Shown in pieces: positions 26,445 to 35,258 of a DNA stretch of 64,000 bases. The DNA is taken from the sequence record MZ443780.1; one strand, given 5' to 3'. Each line of letters opens with the position of its first letter. The stretch's first letter is position 1. The notes under the pieces are model-generated. The model worked only from the letters and a program-made list of their open reading frames with translations, made no database searches and had not been told where the DNA came from. A program made the position numbers and the translations under genes.

Positions 26445-26975
26445 ATGATGCAAACAGCATATCGGTGTAAGCACTGTAAGTATGTCCACATTGGCAAAGT
26501 CAGTAGCTGTGACTGTCAGGGCAGCAAGCGATTCGAATACACGTTGGTGCAAATCATCGACGTGCCAGAAGCTGAGGAGCAGATTCCTCAGTTCAAAGAT
26601 CTCAAACACTCTCGTGCCCAGCGTTACGTGAACGTGAAAGACGGTACGTATGGCAACGGCATTTACGAGCTGCGCGAGAAGCGTGAGGGTGAGCGTTACT
26701 GGTGGACGCATCTAGGCACGATGCAGAGCGGGCTTGATAGCACTGATGCCAGCTACAAAATGTGCGAAGACAACCGCAAGGCAAATGTTGTTCTGGCTGC
26801 TGCCGGGCCTGTTATGCTCGAAGCGCTCTACATGTGCTATCAGTATTTCAATCTCAAACGTGAGGTGCAAGGCAGTTCAATCAAGAACGATAGCCGTATC
26901 TCAATCATCGCAGACGCTATTCGTCAGGGCACGGACTTGTCTGTGTTTGACACACTTCAACATCCAAAGGAGTAA
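26445..26975 (+). CDS. hypothetical protein with N-terminal Cys cluster
   Basis: CKHC...CDC; 176 aa. Confidence 0.6.
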   Translation: MMQTAYRCKHCKYVHIGKVSSCDCQGSKRFEYTLVQIIDVPEAEEQIPQFKDLKHSRAQRYVNVKDGTYGNGIYELREKREGERYWWTHLGTMQSGLDSTDASYKMCEDNRKANVVLAAAGPVMLEALYMCYQYFNLKREVQGSSIKNDSRISIIADAIRQGTDLSVFDTLQHPKE

Positions 26976-26977
26976 CA

Positions 26978-27574
26978 ATGACAACGCGAGCGAAAAACAT
27001 GCTGGACGAAATACGCATGAAACTTAGTAAGTGCCGACATGAGTACCGCAGACAAGAAGCTGCTGATCGTGTGCTCAAGCACGATGCAATACGCGGCGGT
27101 CAGGTGTGGACAAACATCAAAAACAATGCGCCATACCAAGTGTTGTTCCTGACTAACCTGTACAACGACGGTCACATTCAGGTTGTGTATTCTCAGCATT
27201 GGGCATACATCTACTCCATGCCTGTTGAAGACTTCTTCGAACAGTTCACACAAAATCTGAACATCGACAACACCTTGGCCAGTGCGCACGATGACCTGAT
27301 GGCTATGGCGACCAACATGCGTGGGAGCACTCGCTTACGCTTACCGCAAGAAGGTGAACGCTGGACGCGTGTTGACCGCATACCAGACGGCTTCGATGAA
27401 AATCGTATGCCTGTATACCGCCCGCAGTCTGTTACCGTTGTGGTTGAAGGCATCGTCGAGCAAAGTCCTGCGCATCCATTCGTTCTGTTTAAAGAAGGCG
27501 GCGAGCGCAAGGTCCTGAACATGTATATGTTCCTAAACTTCTACAGCCCTGAAGGTGAAAACAATGTTGCTTGA
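26978..27574 (+). CDS. protein with DUF1653-like repeat domains
   Basis: GQVWTNIK...YQVLFLTN...VVYS...S.P...F and PQEGERW second unit; AAGGAG SD. Confidence 0.6.
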   Translation: MTTRAKNMLDEIRMKLSKCRHEYRRQEAADRVLKHDAIRGGQVWTNIKNNAPYQVLFLTNLYNDGHIQVVYSQHWAYIYSMPVEDFFEQFTQNLNIDNTLASAHDDLMAMATNMRGSTRLRLPQEGERWTRVDRIPDGFDENRMPVYRPQSVTVVVEGIVEQSPAHPFVLFKEGGERKVLNMYMFLNFYSPEGENNVA

Positions 27575-28199
27575 TGCGCTAAAGGCACTGCCGTTGCTTG
27601 TACTGTGTTATATCGCGTGGAACTGGTTGATTGCTCGTCGTGACCGTGACCGTCAACTTATCAAAGCGCAAGAGCATTATGATCGCGGTCACCTTGATCG
27701 CGGTAACGTCTGGATTCATTTAAAGACAGGTCGTCCGTATACCGTTCTCGGTCTGACTAATACTGGCACGTCGAAAGCTGGCTGGGAAATCAACGTCATC
27801 TATACGAATGACTTCAAGCAGATCTATAACAGGCCGTTCAGTGAGTTCTGCCATAAGTTCACGCACGTTAGTCGCGGTTCTAATGAAGAACACTTCACTT
27901 TGACGCTGATGGGTTTGCAGATGGAAGCTAACACTCGTCTTCTTATTCCACAAGAAGGTGAGATTTGGTTTGAGGGCACCATACACGCGACACCTCCAGA
28001 GCTGGTGGAACGTGGCCACGCACCGCAAGTAGTCAGTCAACGCCGTGCGCATATCGACATGGTGCTTGGTGTAGGTGAAGCCCACCCAGTAGTCGTGTAT
28101 ACTGTAAATGACAAGCAGACAGCAATGCTGCTCTCGCAGTTCATTTTCATCTATCGCAAAGAGGTGTCCTTCGATGGAACAACCAGCTCTTGTGTTTAA
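27555..28199 (+). CDS. membrane-anchored paralog with DUF1653-like domains
   Basis: N-terminal TM; GNVWIHLKTGRPYTVLGLTN...VIY...RPFSEF; PQEGEIW. Confidence 0.6.
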   Translation: MKTMLLDALKALPLLVLCYIAWNWLIARRDRDRQLIKAQEHYDRGHLDRGNVWIHLKTGRPYTVLGLTNTGTSKAGWEINVIYTNDFKQIYNRPFSEFCHKFTHVSRGSNEEHFTLTLMGLQMEANTRLLIPQEGEIWFEGTIHATPPELVERGHAPQVVSQRRAHIDMVLGVGEAHPVVVYTVNDKQTAMLLSQFIFIYRKEVSFDGTTSSCV

Positions 28200-28521
28200 A
28201 TACGTGATGTTCGTTCGTACTCGTAACAAAGAGCGTACGGACGGCGTTCACCTGCCAGTGATCTTCCCTACCCATATCATGCACTCTGATATGGGCGATG
28301 TGATGCGCGGTTACGGTATGCAGAATGGCTATCGTGACAACTACTACCACCAGCGTGTCGAACCAATCTCTGCTGGCTTCATTAACTTGCGGACGCTTCA
28401 ATGCTTTGGTGAGTCTGAATCTCTGGAACTCAAATCACGTCCAGAAGACAGTCAGATAATTGCCGAGTACATGAAGACTCAGGGCAAGGGTGCAGAAGCT
28501 CCACCGGAGGAAGACGAGTGA
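28174..28521 (+). CDS. hypothetical protein
   Basis: GAGGT SD before ATG 28174. Confidence 0.65.
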   Translation: MEQPALVFKYVMFVRTRNKERTDGVHLPVIFPTHIMHSDMGDVMRGYGMQNGYRDNYYHQRVEPISAGFINLRTLQCFGESESLELKSRPEDSQIIAEYMKTQGKGAEAPPEEDE

Positions 28522-28859
28522 TGGAAACGCTCTTAGCATTTTGGAACAGCCCGTTCTGGAGCAGCCCTGCATCTGCGTTCGTCGTACCTGTTGTGGTAAT
28601 CAGCTACTTCATCTTCACCGAATGGCGTGAGCGCCGCATCTTCCGTATGTCACGCAAAGCATTCGCAGACGGCTGGGGCCCGAAGAAGAATACGCGCTTT
28701 CGTCATAAGTGGTTTCCATTTTTGACGTGTCGCGTTGACTTCTATTCAAACAGTCCAAATGACGCGTTCGTGCCGACTGTATTCGTTCAACGGAATAGCG
28801 GGCGTTATGTGGAAATACCCGCTGGAATCCTACGCTATCGCTGGAAAGAAATCCAATGA
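28518..28859 (+). CDS. hypothetical membrane-anchored protein
   Basis: GGAGG SD; TM segment AFVVPVVVISYFIF. Confidence 0.6.
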   Translation: MMETLLAFWNSPFWSSPASAFVVPVVVISYFIFTEWRERRIFRMSRKAFADGWGPKKNTRFRHKWFPFLTCRVDFYSNSPNDAFVPTVFVQRNSGRYVEIPAGILRYRWKEIQ

Positions 28860-29197
28860 CTACACCAGTAATTCGCTTTGACGAACAGACACGTCAACTG
28901 CTGGCAAAGATCTTCGGCATACATAAGCCGTTCTTTGTTGTGCGTCGTGATACGATCATCTCAGGTGGTGACTTGGGCTTTCGTGTGTATCTGTCGAATG
29001 GCACCAACACTGTTACCGTTCCTCGCGTTAAAGGCCTTGACTTGGGCGACAAGCTCTATCTCGGTGATGACGAGGAAGTTTATGAGTGGCATCCTCATAT
29101 AGGCTGCACGTATATGGCCATTGGCGATAATCAGCCAGAAGCACTCGCATTTGGTCTTCATCCAATCGTTTTTCACAAAGACAGTCGGAACTCTTAA
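28856..29197 (+). CDS. hypothetical protein
   Basis: ATGA overlap; 113 aa. Confidence 0.6.
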   Translation: MTTPVIRFDEQTRQLLAKIFGIHKPFFVVRRDTIISGGDLGFRVYLSNGTNTVTVPRVKGLDLGDKLYLGDDEEVYEWHPHIGCTYMAIGDNQPEALAFGLHPIVFHKDSRNS

Positions 29198-30300
29198 TGG
29201 CAAAGCAAACTCTTGATCTACGCGATCCTAATCAGTACGAACTCTATTCCCTGCATTGTGTTGACGAGCAATACATCAATCTGGGCAACGCTATCATCTC
29301 TCAGGGTACTGATGAGTCAGACCCAGGCCGTACAGAAGATACGTGGCGCACCATTATCGGCTGTGGCTTCCAGTTGTCAAACACGCTGATCGCTTTCCCT
29401 GCGTTAGTCAGTGCTCGTAAGAACTGGCTGGCAGCAGTCGATGAGATGTGCTGGATGTCTCGCGGCGAAACGAATATCAGCTCGCTCAATTCCAAAATCT
29501 GGAATGAGTGGGCAGATGAAGACGGCGAGTGCGGCCCTATCTACGGTCTGATGTGGCGCATGTGGCCTGATATCAAAACGTTCCCGACTATTGAGTCGAT
29601 GAAAGAGCGTCAGATCAGCGATGCAGAAATCGAGCGCATCTCGAAAGAGATCAATCGCATGAAAGCTGCCGGGTACACTGAAACGCAAATGGCTGACGGT
29701 CGTGTGTGCTACGAAGGTACAGTTGACCAGTTCGCTGATGCGCTGCGTCAGGTAATGGCCCGCAGTCGTTCTCGTCGTATTCGCGTTCAGGCGTACAACC
29801 CGTCCTATCTGCACATGCAGGGTCTGCCTCCGTGCCACACCGAGTTCGAGTTCAACGTAACCAAGCCGACGCTGTATGAAATCGCTCAGATGGAAGCGCG
29901 TCAAATGGCACCGGCAGAAGATTCGTTGCACATCGTTGTGACCATGAGATCGAACGATGTGCTCTTGGGCAGGCCATTTAACATCATCGGCTACAGCGCC
30001 ATGCACCAGATGATTGCCAAGTGGGCTGGCTTGAACGTCGGCAGCTTTACGCTCAACACTACCAACACGCACCTGTACACGCATCACTTTGAAGCGTTTG
30101 AAAAGCAGCGTGAGCAGTGGGCAGTTCTCGCAGACAACATTAAGCGCACTGGCGAACCTGTTGTCTATCCTATGCTGGAAATCAGCGACGACATTCTCGG
30201 TCTGACGCCGGAAGAGTTGCTGGACAACGCGAACGCAGAGTGGTTCCAGCTTCTCGATTACGCACCATCACCAGCGGTCAAAGGACGTGTGACGAAATGA
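29197..30300 (+). CDS. thyA: thymidylate synthase
   Basis: IWNEWA, GPIYG..WR, SRR, LPPCH, MRSNDV.LG.PFNI, NTHLY. Confidence 0.93.
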   Translation: MAKQTLDLRDPNQYELYSLHCVDEQYINLGNAIISQGTDESDPGRTEDTWRTIIGCGFQLSNTLIAFPALVSARKNWLAAVDEMCWMSRGETNISSLNSKIWNEWADEDGECGPIYGLMWRMWPDIKTFPTIESMKERQISDAEIERISKEINRMKAAGYTETQMADGRVCYEGTVDQFADALRQVMARSRSRRIRVQAYNPSYLHMQGLPPCHTEFEFNVTKPTLYEIAQMEARQMAPAEDSLHIVVTMRSNDVLLGRPFNIIGYSAMHQMIAKWAGLNVGSFTLNTTNTHLYTHHFEAFEKQREQWAVLADNIKRTGEPVVYPMLEISDDILGLTPEELLDNANAEWFQLLDYAPSPAVKGRVTK

Positions 30301-30959
30301 TTGACAATAACTTCCTGCTGATTAAACGTATCAGCGCTTTCCTGTACCTTGGTTATGCAGAGAAAGAGCTGTACATCCCGCGCCGTGGCGTAGAAACGTT
30401 TGACGTGCTTATCCCTAATCCTAAAGGTCTGGCCGAAGAAGGTCCTATCCTGACGATGCGAGCACGTTGCATCTATCATCTGCCGCACAACTGCTTCCTG
30501 ATTCAACGTGTCGATGACGGTCGCTCTGGTTCGTATGAGCACCCATCATTGATGAAGTCGCACTGCCAGAAAAACGAAGGCGTGTTCCAGAGGTCAGAGC
30601 ACGGTCGTGAGCAGTCTGCCGTTAACCTGATACTGAACGAACTGCGCGATGCAGAAACTGATCATCCTACGTGGCCGGAAGAATGTATTCACGCTGCATC
30701 CATCGTTGTTGAAGAAGCGGGTGAGTTGCTTCGTGACTGCGCTACGTTTGAAGAAAACGGCGATATGCGTCTGATTGAAAACATGGGGATTGAAGCTGTG
30801 CAGACAGGCGCAATGGCAGTTCGTTTCCTCAAGAATCTGCCGCGCAGCCAGAAGCGCACAATCCCACACAATGCCCTGCGTTCTATTCTCGATTCCGGGA
30901 TGACACAGGAACAGCAACTGATTGAGTTGCGCCGCCTTGTAGAAAATGGAGTAAGCTAA
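30297..30959 (+). CDS. protein with C-terminal MazG-like NTP pyrophosphohydrolase domain
   Basis: WP...IHAASIVVEEAGEL...EAVQTGAMAVRFL. Confidence 0.6.
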   Translation: MIDNNFLLIKRISAFLYLGYAEKELYIPRRGVETFDVLIPNPKGLAEEGPILTMRARCIYHLPHNCFLIQRVDDGRSGSYEHPSLMKSHCQKNEGVFQRSEHGREQSAVNLILNELRDAETDHPTWPEECIHAASIVVEEAGELLRDCATFEENGDMRLIENMGIEAVQTGAMAVRFLKNLPRSQKRTIPHNALRSILDSGMTQEQQLIELRRLVENGVS

Positions 30960-31849
30960 TGAAGCTATTAGGCTATGCTGCTTGTGGCGGCACACCCTTT
31001 CGTATTCTGCGTGTGCAGGACTATGGTAAGCTGACTGACGGTACGCACGAACGTCTTGACCTGTTCGGTTGTATCTTCACTAACGTAGACGTGTCGCACG
31101 ACATTGATACGAATCTGGCGTATCTGTCTTTACCCACAGCTAATGACTGGCGTGTTAATCTGACCAATCCAATGTTCACCAAAGAGTACATGGACTGGTT
31201 CAACGGTTACTCACCTACAATCGAAGTCATGCTTGACGCACACAAGCTGAAAGCACTCCTGCCTAACATCACGCAAGAGTTTGACCAGTTCGTTGACTGG
31301 CTGAAAGTGCAGATAGCGAAGATGCCGACGCTTGAAGTCTCGTTTAAGAACGACACTCTTACGGCGGTTGCGACCGGTAATAAGTACGACATTTGGATGC
31401 TGTACAAACACTACCTGATGGTTGACGGCAATCTGATTGTGACACGCAATCCTGAAGGTGATGTTATCTTCCACGATGCTCACATCTCTGAAAAAGGTAC
31501 CAAGCATTGGTTGCTTGAGCACAACAAAGAGATGATGCGCCTCGCAGCAGAAAATGATCTGCTAGCTGCATACATCACTTTCGGTGCGGTGCGCGGACAC
31601 CCTCAGTATCAGTACACGTTTGTAACGCGTGAAGGTGACTACATGCACCGGCCAGTAGATGAAGCAGAGTTCACGCACATCGCTATTCGCGGTCAAATGC
31701 CTGTCGTGTTGTTTAAAGATGAGGGCGCTAACCTGAATCTTACTGTCAACATCGATCAGCACTTCCCGCAGAAGTATCTCGACTTCACGCGTACTGCGCA
31801 TCCAGTCATCGGCTACAACCATGCACTGAACCTGATTCGCTTCATCTGA
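30959..31849 (+). CDS. hypothetical protein
   Basis: 296-aa ORF, TAATG coupling. Confidence 0.7.
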   Translation: MKLLGYAACGGTPFRILRVQDYGKLTDGTHERLDLFGCIFTNVDVSHDIDTNLAYLSLPTANDWRVNLTNPMFTKEYMDWFNGYSPTIEVMLDAHKLKALLPNITQEFDQFVDWLKVQIAKMPTLEVSFKNDTLTAVATGNKYDIWMLYKHYLMVDGNLIVTRNPEGDVIFHDAHISEKGTKHWLLEHNKEMMRLAAENDLLAAYITFGAVRGHPQYQYTFVTREGDYMHRPVDEAEFTHIAIRGQMPVVLFKDEGANLNLTVNIDQHFPQKYLDFTRTAHPVIGYNHALNLIRFI

Positions 31850-31864
31850 CCGGCTGCCGTCTCC

Positions 31865-31877
31865 TGTCAGTAATTTA
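31865..31877 (+). promoter_or_regulatory. candidate late promoter TGTCAGTAATTTA
   Basis: Identical 13-mer on - strand at 57898-57910; intergenic. Confidence 0.5.
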
Positions 31878-31899
31878 ACTTTCTAACAGGAGACTTGCC

Positions 31900-32235
31900 A
31901 TGAAATACGATCCGAAGAAAGACTACAAACCATTTCAGTATCTGGGTGCGCCTAAAGCTCCAACGAGCGGGTACTTAGGCAGTACAGTGTATGTCGTAGA
32001 GAACGATGTTAACATCGGAAGTGATGAATGCGAGTTCGTATTCACTGTAGCTCAGATGAATGAGATGGATAGAGGTACTGTTACGTTCCGTGCTAAAGAC
32101 TCGGGCGGAGGTATCACGATAAAGAAATGCTCGGTCTCAGGTCTGAAAATGGTAATTAAGCTGGACAGACGCGTCATACAGTTTGGCAAAGTTCAGGTCG
32201 AATGGCAGACAACGCCCCGACATTATTACTACTGA
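31900..32235 (+). CDS. hypothetical protein (possible beta-rich structural protein)
   Basis: AGGAG SD; 111 aa. Confidence 0.65.
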   Translation: MKYDPKKDYKPFQYLGAPKAPTSGYLGSTVYVVENDVNIGSDECEFVFTVAQMNEMDRGTVTFRAKDSGGGITIKKCSVSGLKMVIKLDRRVIQFGKVQVEWQTTPRHYYY

Positions 32236-32236
32236 A

Positions 32237-32245
32237 TCTGTAAAG
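32237..32245 (+). promoter_or_regulatory. candidate promoter variant TCTGTAAAG
   Basis: Intergenic, 42 nt upstream of ParB-N gene start. Confidence 0.45.
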
Positions 32246-32278
32246 ACAGAGAAAGAGCAACCGATAAGAGATACGATA

Positions 32279-32983
32279 ATGGCAAAAACTGCTACCAAAA
32301 CAAAGGACGGAAAAAAGAAAGGCGAGTTGAAGTTTGATCTGAAAAAACTCAATTCAGTCTCTCAGCTCAAGGGCGCAGAGTACAACCCGCGCTTCATTAC
32401 TGACAGTCGCTTGAAAGCTCTCGAAGGTTCTCTCGGGAGTTTCGGTGATCTGTCTGGTATCGTGTTCAACAACAACATCAAGTCTGGTGTGTTGATCTCA
32501 GGCCACCAGCGTCTGAAATCAATCGACGGTTGGAAAACTCGCATCGAGATTCAGCCGACGACTGACAAGCACGGTACTATCGGTCTGGGCTACATTCATG
32601 CAACGCATCCGAAGAAAGCTGATCGTGTTATCAGCATTCCTCTGCGTGTCGTGAACTGGACTGATAAGAAAGCTGAGTACGCAGCGAACATCGCAGCGAA
32701 CGCCCACGGCGGTGAGTTCGATAACAAGAAGCTCGCCAAGCTGGTTGAGAAACTCGATCTGAATACGATCAAGCCTCAGCTGCTGGGTCTCGACCCGCTT
32801 GAGATTCGTGGTCTGCAAGCCAAGATCAAGATTCAGGCGAACGTCGAAGATACGAAACGTGCTGGCAAGACTACTGGCCAGATGAACGGCAGCACCGGTA
32901 AGTTTAATGAGTACAACCCTGATGATGTGGGTGACACTCTGAACTGCACCTGCCCGCGTTGTGGATTTAAGTTCGAGGGATAA
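32279..32983 (+). CDS. ParB-N-terminal (ParB/Srx-like) domain protein with C-terminal Zn ribbon
   Basis: LK.AEYNPR, G....IVFN, LISGHQRL, NIAAN..GGEFD...L..L; CTCPRCG. Confidence 0.8.
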   Translation: MAKTATKTKDGKKKGELKFDLKKLNSVSQLKGAEYNPRFITDSRLKALEGSLGSFGDLSGIVFNNNIKSGVLISGHQRLKSIDGWKTRIEIQPTTDKHGTIGLGYIHATHPKKADRVISIPLRVVNWTDKKAEYAANIAANAHGGEFDNKKLAKLVEKLDLNTIKPQLLGLDPLEIRGLQAKIKIQANVEDTKRAGKTTGQMNGSTGKFNEYNPDDVGDTLNCTCPRCGFKFEG

Positions 32984-32984
32984 T

Positions 32985-35114
32985 ATGATCATCAAGCCGC
33001 CAACCATGAAGGAAATCAACAAGCTGGCTAAACCCTGGCGTGGTATGAGTTTCTTCGCAGGTTGCGGTGGGTCTTCGACCGGTCACAAGATGGCCGGTAT
33101 CGACATTCTGTTGAGCAACGAGTTTATTGACTCTGCGCGTGAGTCGTATGAAGCAAACCACCCGACAACCAAAGTGCTGCCTCATGATATCCGTCGCTTA
33201 GACCCAAGCAAGCTGTTGCGCTACTGCGGTCTTGCTAAGGGTGAGCTGGATTTGCTTGATGGTAGTCCTCCGTGCTTTACCGAAGACACAATCATCCACA
33301 CTGCTGACGGCATGAAGTTCATTTCTGATATGCACGTCAACGATCTGGCAATGACGAGCGTTGGTGAATACTTTCCTGTGTACGACACTATGGTTCGTCC
33401 GTATGTCGGTACGATGCACAAGATTGAAACGATGCTCGGTAGCAACAAAGCAACGCCAGAGCACCCGTTCTTTGTTCGTCGCTCTCAGGCAGACGGTAGC
33501 TACTCTGAGCCGTTCTGGTGTGATGCGAAAGACGTGCAAGAAGGTGACTTGCTCGGTACGCCGCGCACTACCCCTGACATGGGGATTGACGTGTATCAGG
33601 CTCAGATTGATCAGTTGCCTAAGTTAGTAGCGGACTGGGTGACTTACCCTGAGTTCTGGTGGATGATTGGTCACTGGTGTGATCGTGGCACAATCGAAAC
33701 AGTTAACGGTGTTGACGTCATCTGCTTCGAGTCGCACTCAAGCCTTGAGAACGCGATGATCGAGCAGGCGTTTGATGCGCTTAAAATCAGTAGCCTGAAT
33801 CGTATCGACACGACAACGGCGCAGCGCAAAACATTCCGCACTGTTATCGAAGCAGAGCTGGTGCAGTTCCTGCGTCGATTCGTCAGTCAGGAGCAGAACA
33901 AGTTTTCTCGTCGTCTGCCTGCAATCGTGTTCCATTTGTCAAACGAGTTGAAGCAACAATTCATTCTCGGTTGTGCGGGGCATGACTACGTGACTGCTAT
34001 GGGCACAAGCCTTGCTATCACATCTGATAGTCGCCGCTTCCTGATTGAGCTGAACTACCTGTGTGCGTCTGCTTTCAATCGTCCGCTGTTTGACGGTCTT
34101 ATCTGGGCAGACGTTAACTTCGGTAGTGCGTTAACGCCGCGTGAGCGTAACAGTTCACGAGCGCATATCGGCTTCCTGTTCCTGCAGGATGAAGCGCTGT
34201 TCATGCACGAGTTCTCCGATGAAGACCCGCATCTCTGGGTTGAAGTGATTGAGAACCTCGCGTATCAGGCGACCTGTGACGTGTATAACTTCTCTGTGCA
34301 GACAGACGAGACATACGTTGCAAATAGCATGGTCGTTCACAACTGCAAAGGCTTCTCTACTGCTGGTGTGAAAGAAGAAGGCTGGGGCAAAGAAGTTAAA
34401 TACAGCGACAACAAGTATCAGCAGGTTGATGACCTGTTCGATCAGTATTGCCGTATGCTTCAAGGCATGGAGCCAAAAGTGTTCACTGCGGAAAACGTCA
34501 GCGGCTTAATCAAGGGTACCTCTAAAGGGTACTTTGTCGAAATCATGAAGCACTTCGACAGATTAGGTTATTATGTTCGTGCTCCGATGTTGAATGCTTG
34601 CTGGCTGGGTGTACCGCAATCGCGTGAACGTATCATCTTCATGGGTGTGCGTAAAGACGTTGCCCACGCACTCGGATATAAGTCTGCTCAGACCGCTGTG
34701 CCTGATGTTATCCCGTGCGAGACGCAAGCGTTTCTCGGCGATGCGTTGCCGCACATCATGCGATACAAAACAACGCAGCGTGACCTGATCAAATATCTGC
34801 CTGCCGTTAACGGTCCGATGCCTACGATTACTGCTGCTGATGCGATTGCGTATGAGACTGCGCGATTCTCGTCTGCTGGCTTTATCGAAGACAACAAAGG
34901 TCATCGCCGTAAGCTGACCATTGACGAACTCAAAGTTATCTCTGGACTGCCGTCTGACTATAAGCTGATGGGTGAGTTTGAAGAACAATGGGAACGTCTT
35001 GGTCGTATCTGTGTGCCAGCAATGACACACGCTGCATCTAAGGCTTTCATCGAGCACATTCTTCTGCCGTATGCGAAGAAGCGTAAGAAGAAGCCCGGCG
35101 ATATCTTTAAGTAA
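32985..35114 (+). CDS. C5-cytosine DNA transferase (Dcm fold), intein-containing, probable carboxymethyltransferase (CmoX-like)
   Basis: Motif I SFFAGCGG, II NEF, IV GSPP|CKGFS, VI AENVSGL, VIII QSRERIIF, IX RKLTIDELK, X LGRICVP (Arg in place of Asn); GAGG SD before ATG 32985. Confidence 0.85.
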   Translation: MIIKPPTMKEINKLAKPWRGMSFFAGCGGSSTGHKMAGIDILLSNEFIDSARESYEANHPTTKVLPHDIRRLDPSKLLRYCGLAKGELDLLDGSPPCFTEDTIIHTADGMKFISDMHVNDLAMTSVGEYFPVYDTMVRPYVGTMHKIETMLGSNKATPEHPFFVRRSQADGSYSEPFWCDAKDVQEGDLLGTPRTTPDMGIDVYQAQIDQLPKLVADWVTYPEFWWMIGHWCDRGTIETVNGVDVICFESHSSLENAMIEQAFDALKISSLNRIDTTTAQRKTFRTVIEAELVQFLRRFVSQEQNKFSRRLPAIVFHLSNELKQQFILGCAGHDYVTAMGTSLAITSDSRRFLIELNYLCASAFNRPLFDGLIWADVNFGSALTPRERNSSRAHIGFLFLQDEALFMHEFSDEDPHLWVEVIENLAYQATCDVYNFSVQTDETYVANSMVVHNCKGFSTAGVKEEGWGKEVKYSDNKYQQVDDLFDQYCRMLQGMEPKVFTAENVSGLIKGTSKGYFVEIMKHFDRLGYYVRAPMLNACWLGVPQSRERIIFMGVRKDVAHALGYKSAQTAVPDVIPCETQAFLGDALPHIMRYKTTQRDLIKYLPAVNGPMPTITAADAIAYETARFSSAGFIEDNKGHRRKLTIDELKVISGLPSDYKLMGEFEEQWERLGRICVPAMTHAASKAFIEHILLPYAKKRKKKPGDIFK
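33273..34343 (+). mobile_element. intein (357 aa) with degenerate LAGLIDADG-like region in catalytic PC motif
   Basis: Starts CFTEDT; block B ATPEHPF; WMIGHWCDRG and FILGCAGHD remnants; ends VYNFSV...YVANSMVVHN followed by Cys+1. Confidence 0.92.
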
Positions 35115-35123
35115 GGGCGCGTT

Positions 35124-35225
35124 ATGTTCTGGGCTGGCTTAGGCTTAGGTGTCGTTTTAGGCGTAGTGCTGTGCATCGGCATTGCGTGGTATTACCTCAG
35201 AGACTTTGCAGTGTTCAAGTCTTAA
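35124..35225 (+). CDS. 33-aa single-TM membrane peptide
   Basis: MFWAGLGLGVVLGVVLCIGIAWYYLRDFAVFKS, read manually; AAGGG upstream; absent from ORF track. Confidence 0.55.
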   Translation: MFWAGLGLGVVLGVVLCIGIAWYYLRDFAVFKS

Positions 35226-35258
35226 TAACCGTGGACAAGGACGTCCGGAGAATTTCAA

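Noticed and set aside
29197-30300. ThyA homologue as a dCMP hydroxymethylase for base modification
   Set aside because: It retains PFNI (Asn, dUMP specificity) rather than the Asp of dCMP hydroxymethylases, so ordinary dTMP synthesis is more likely.
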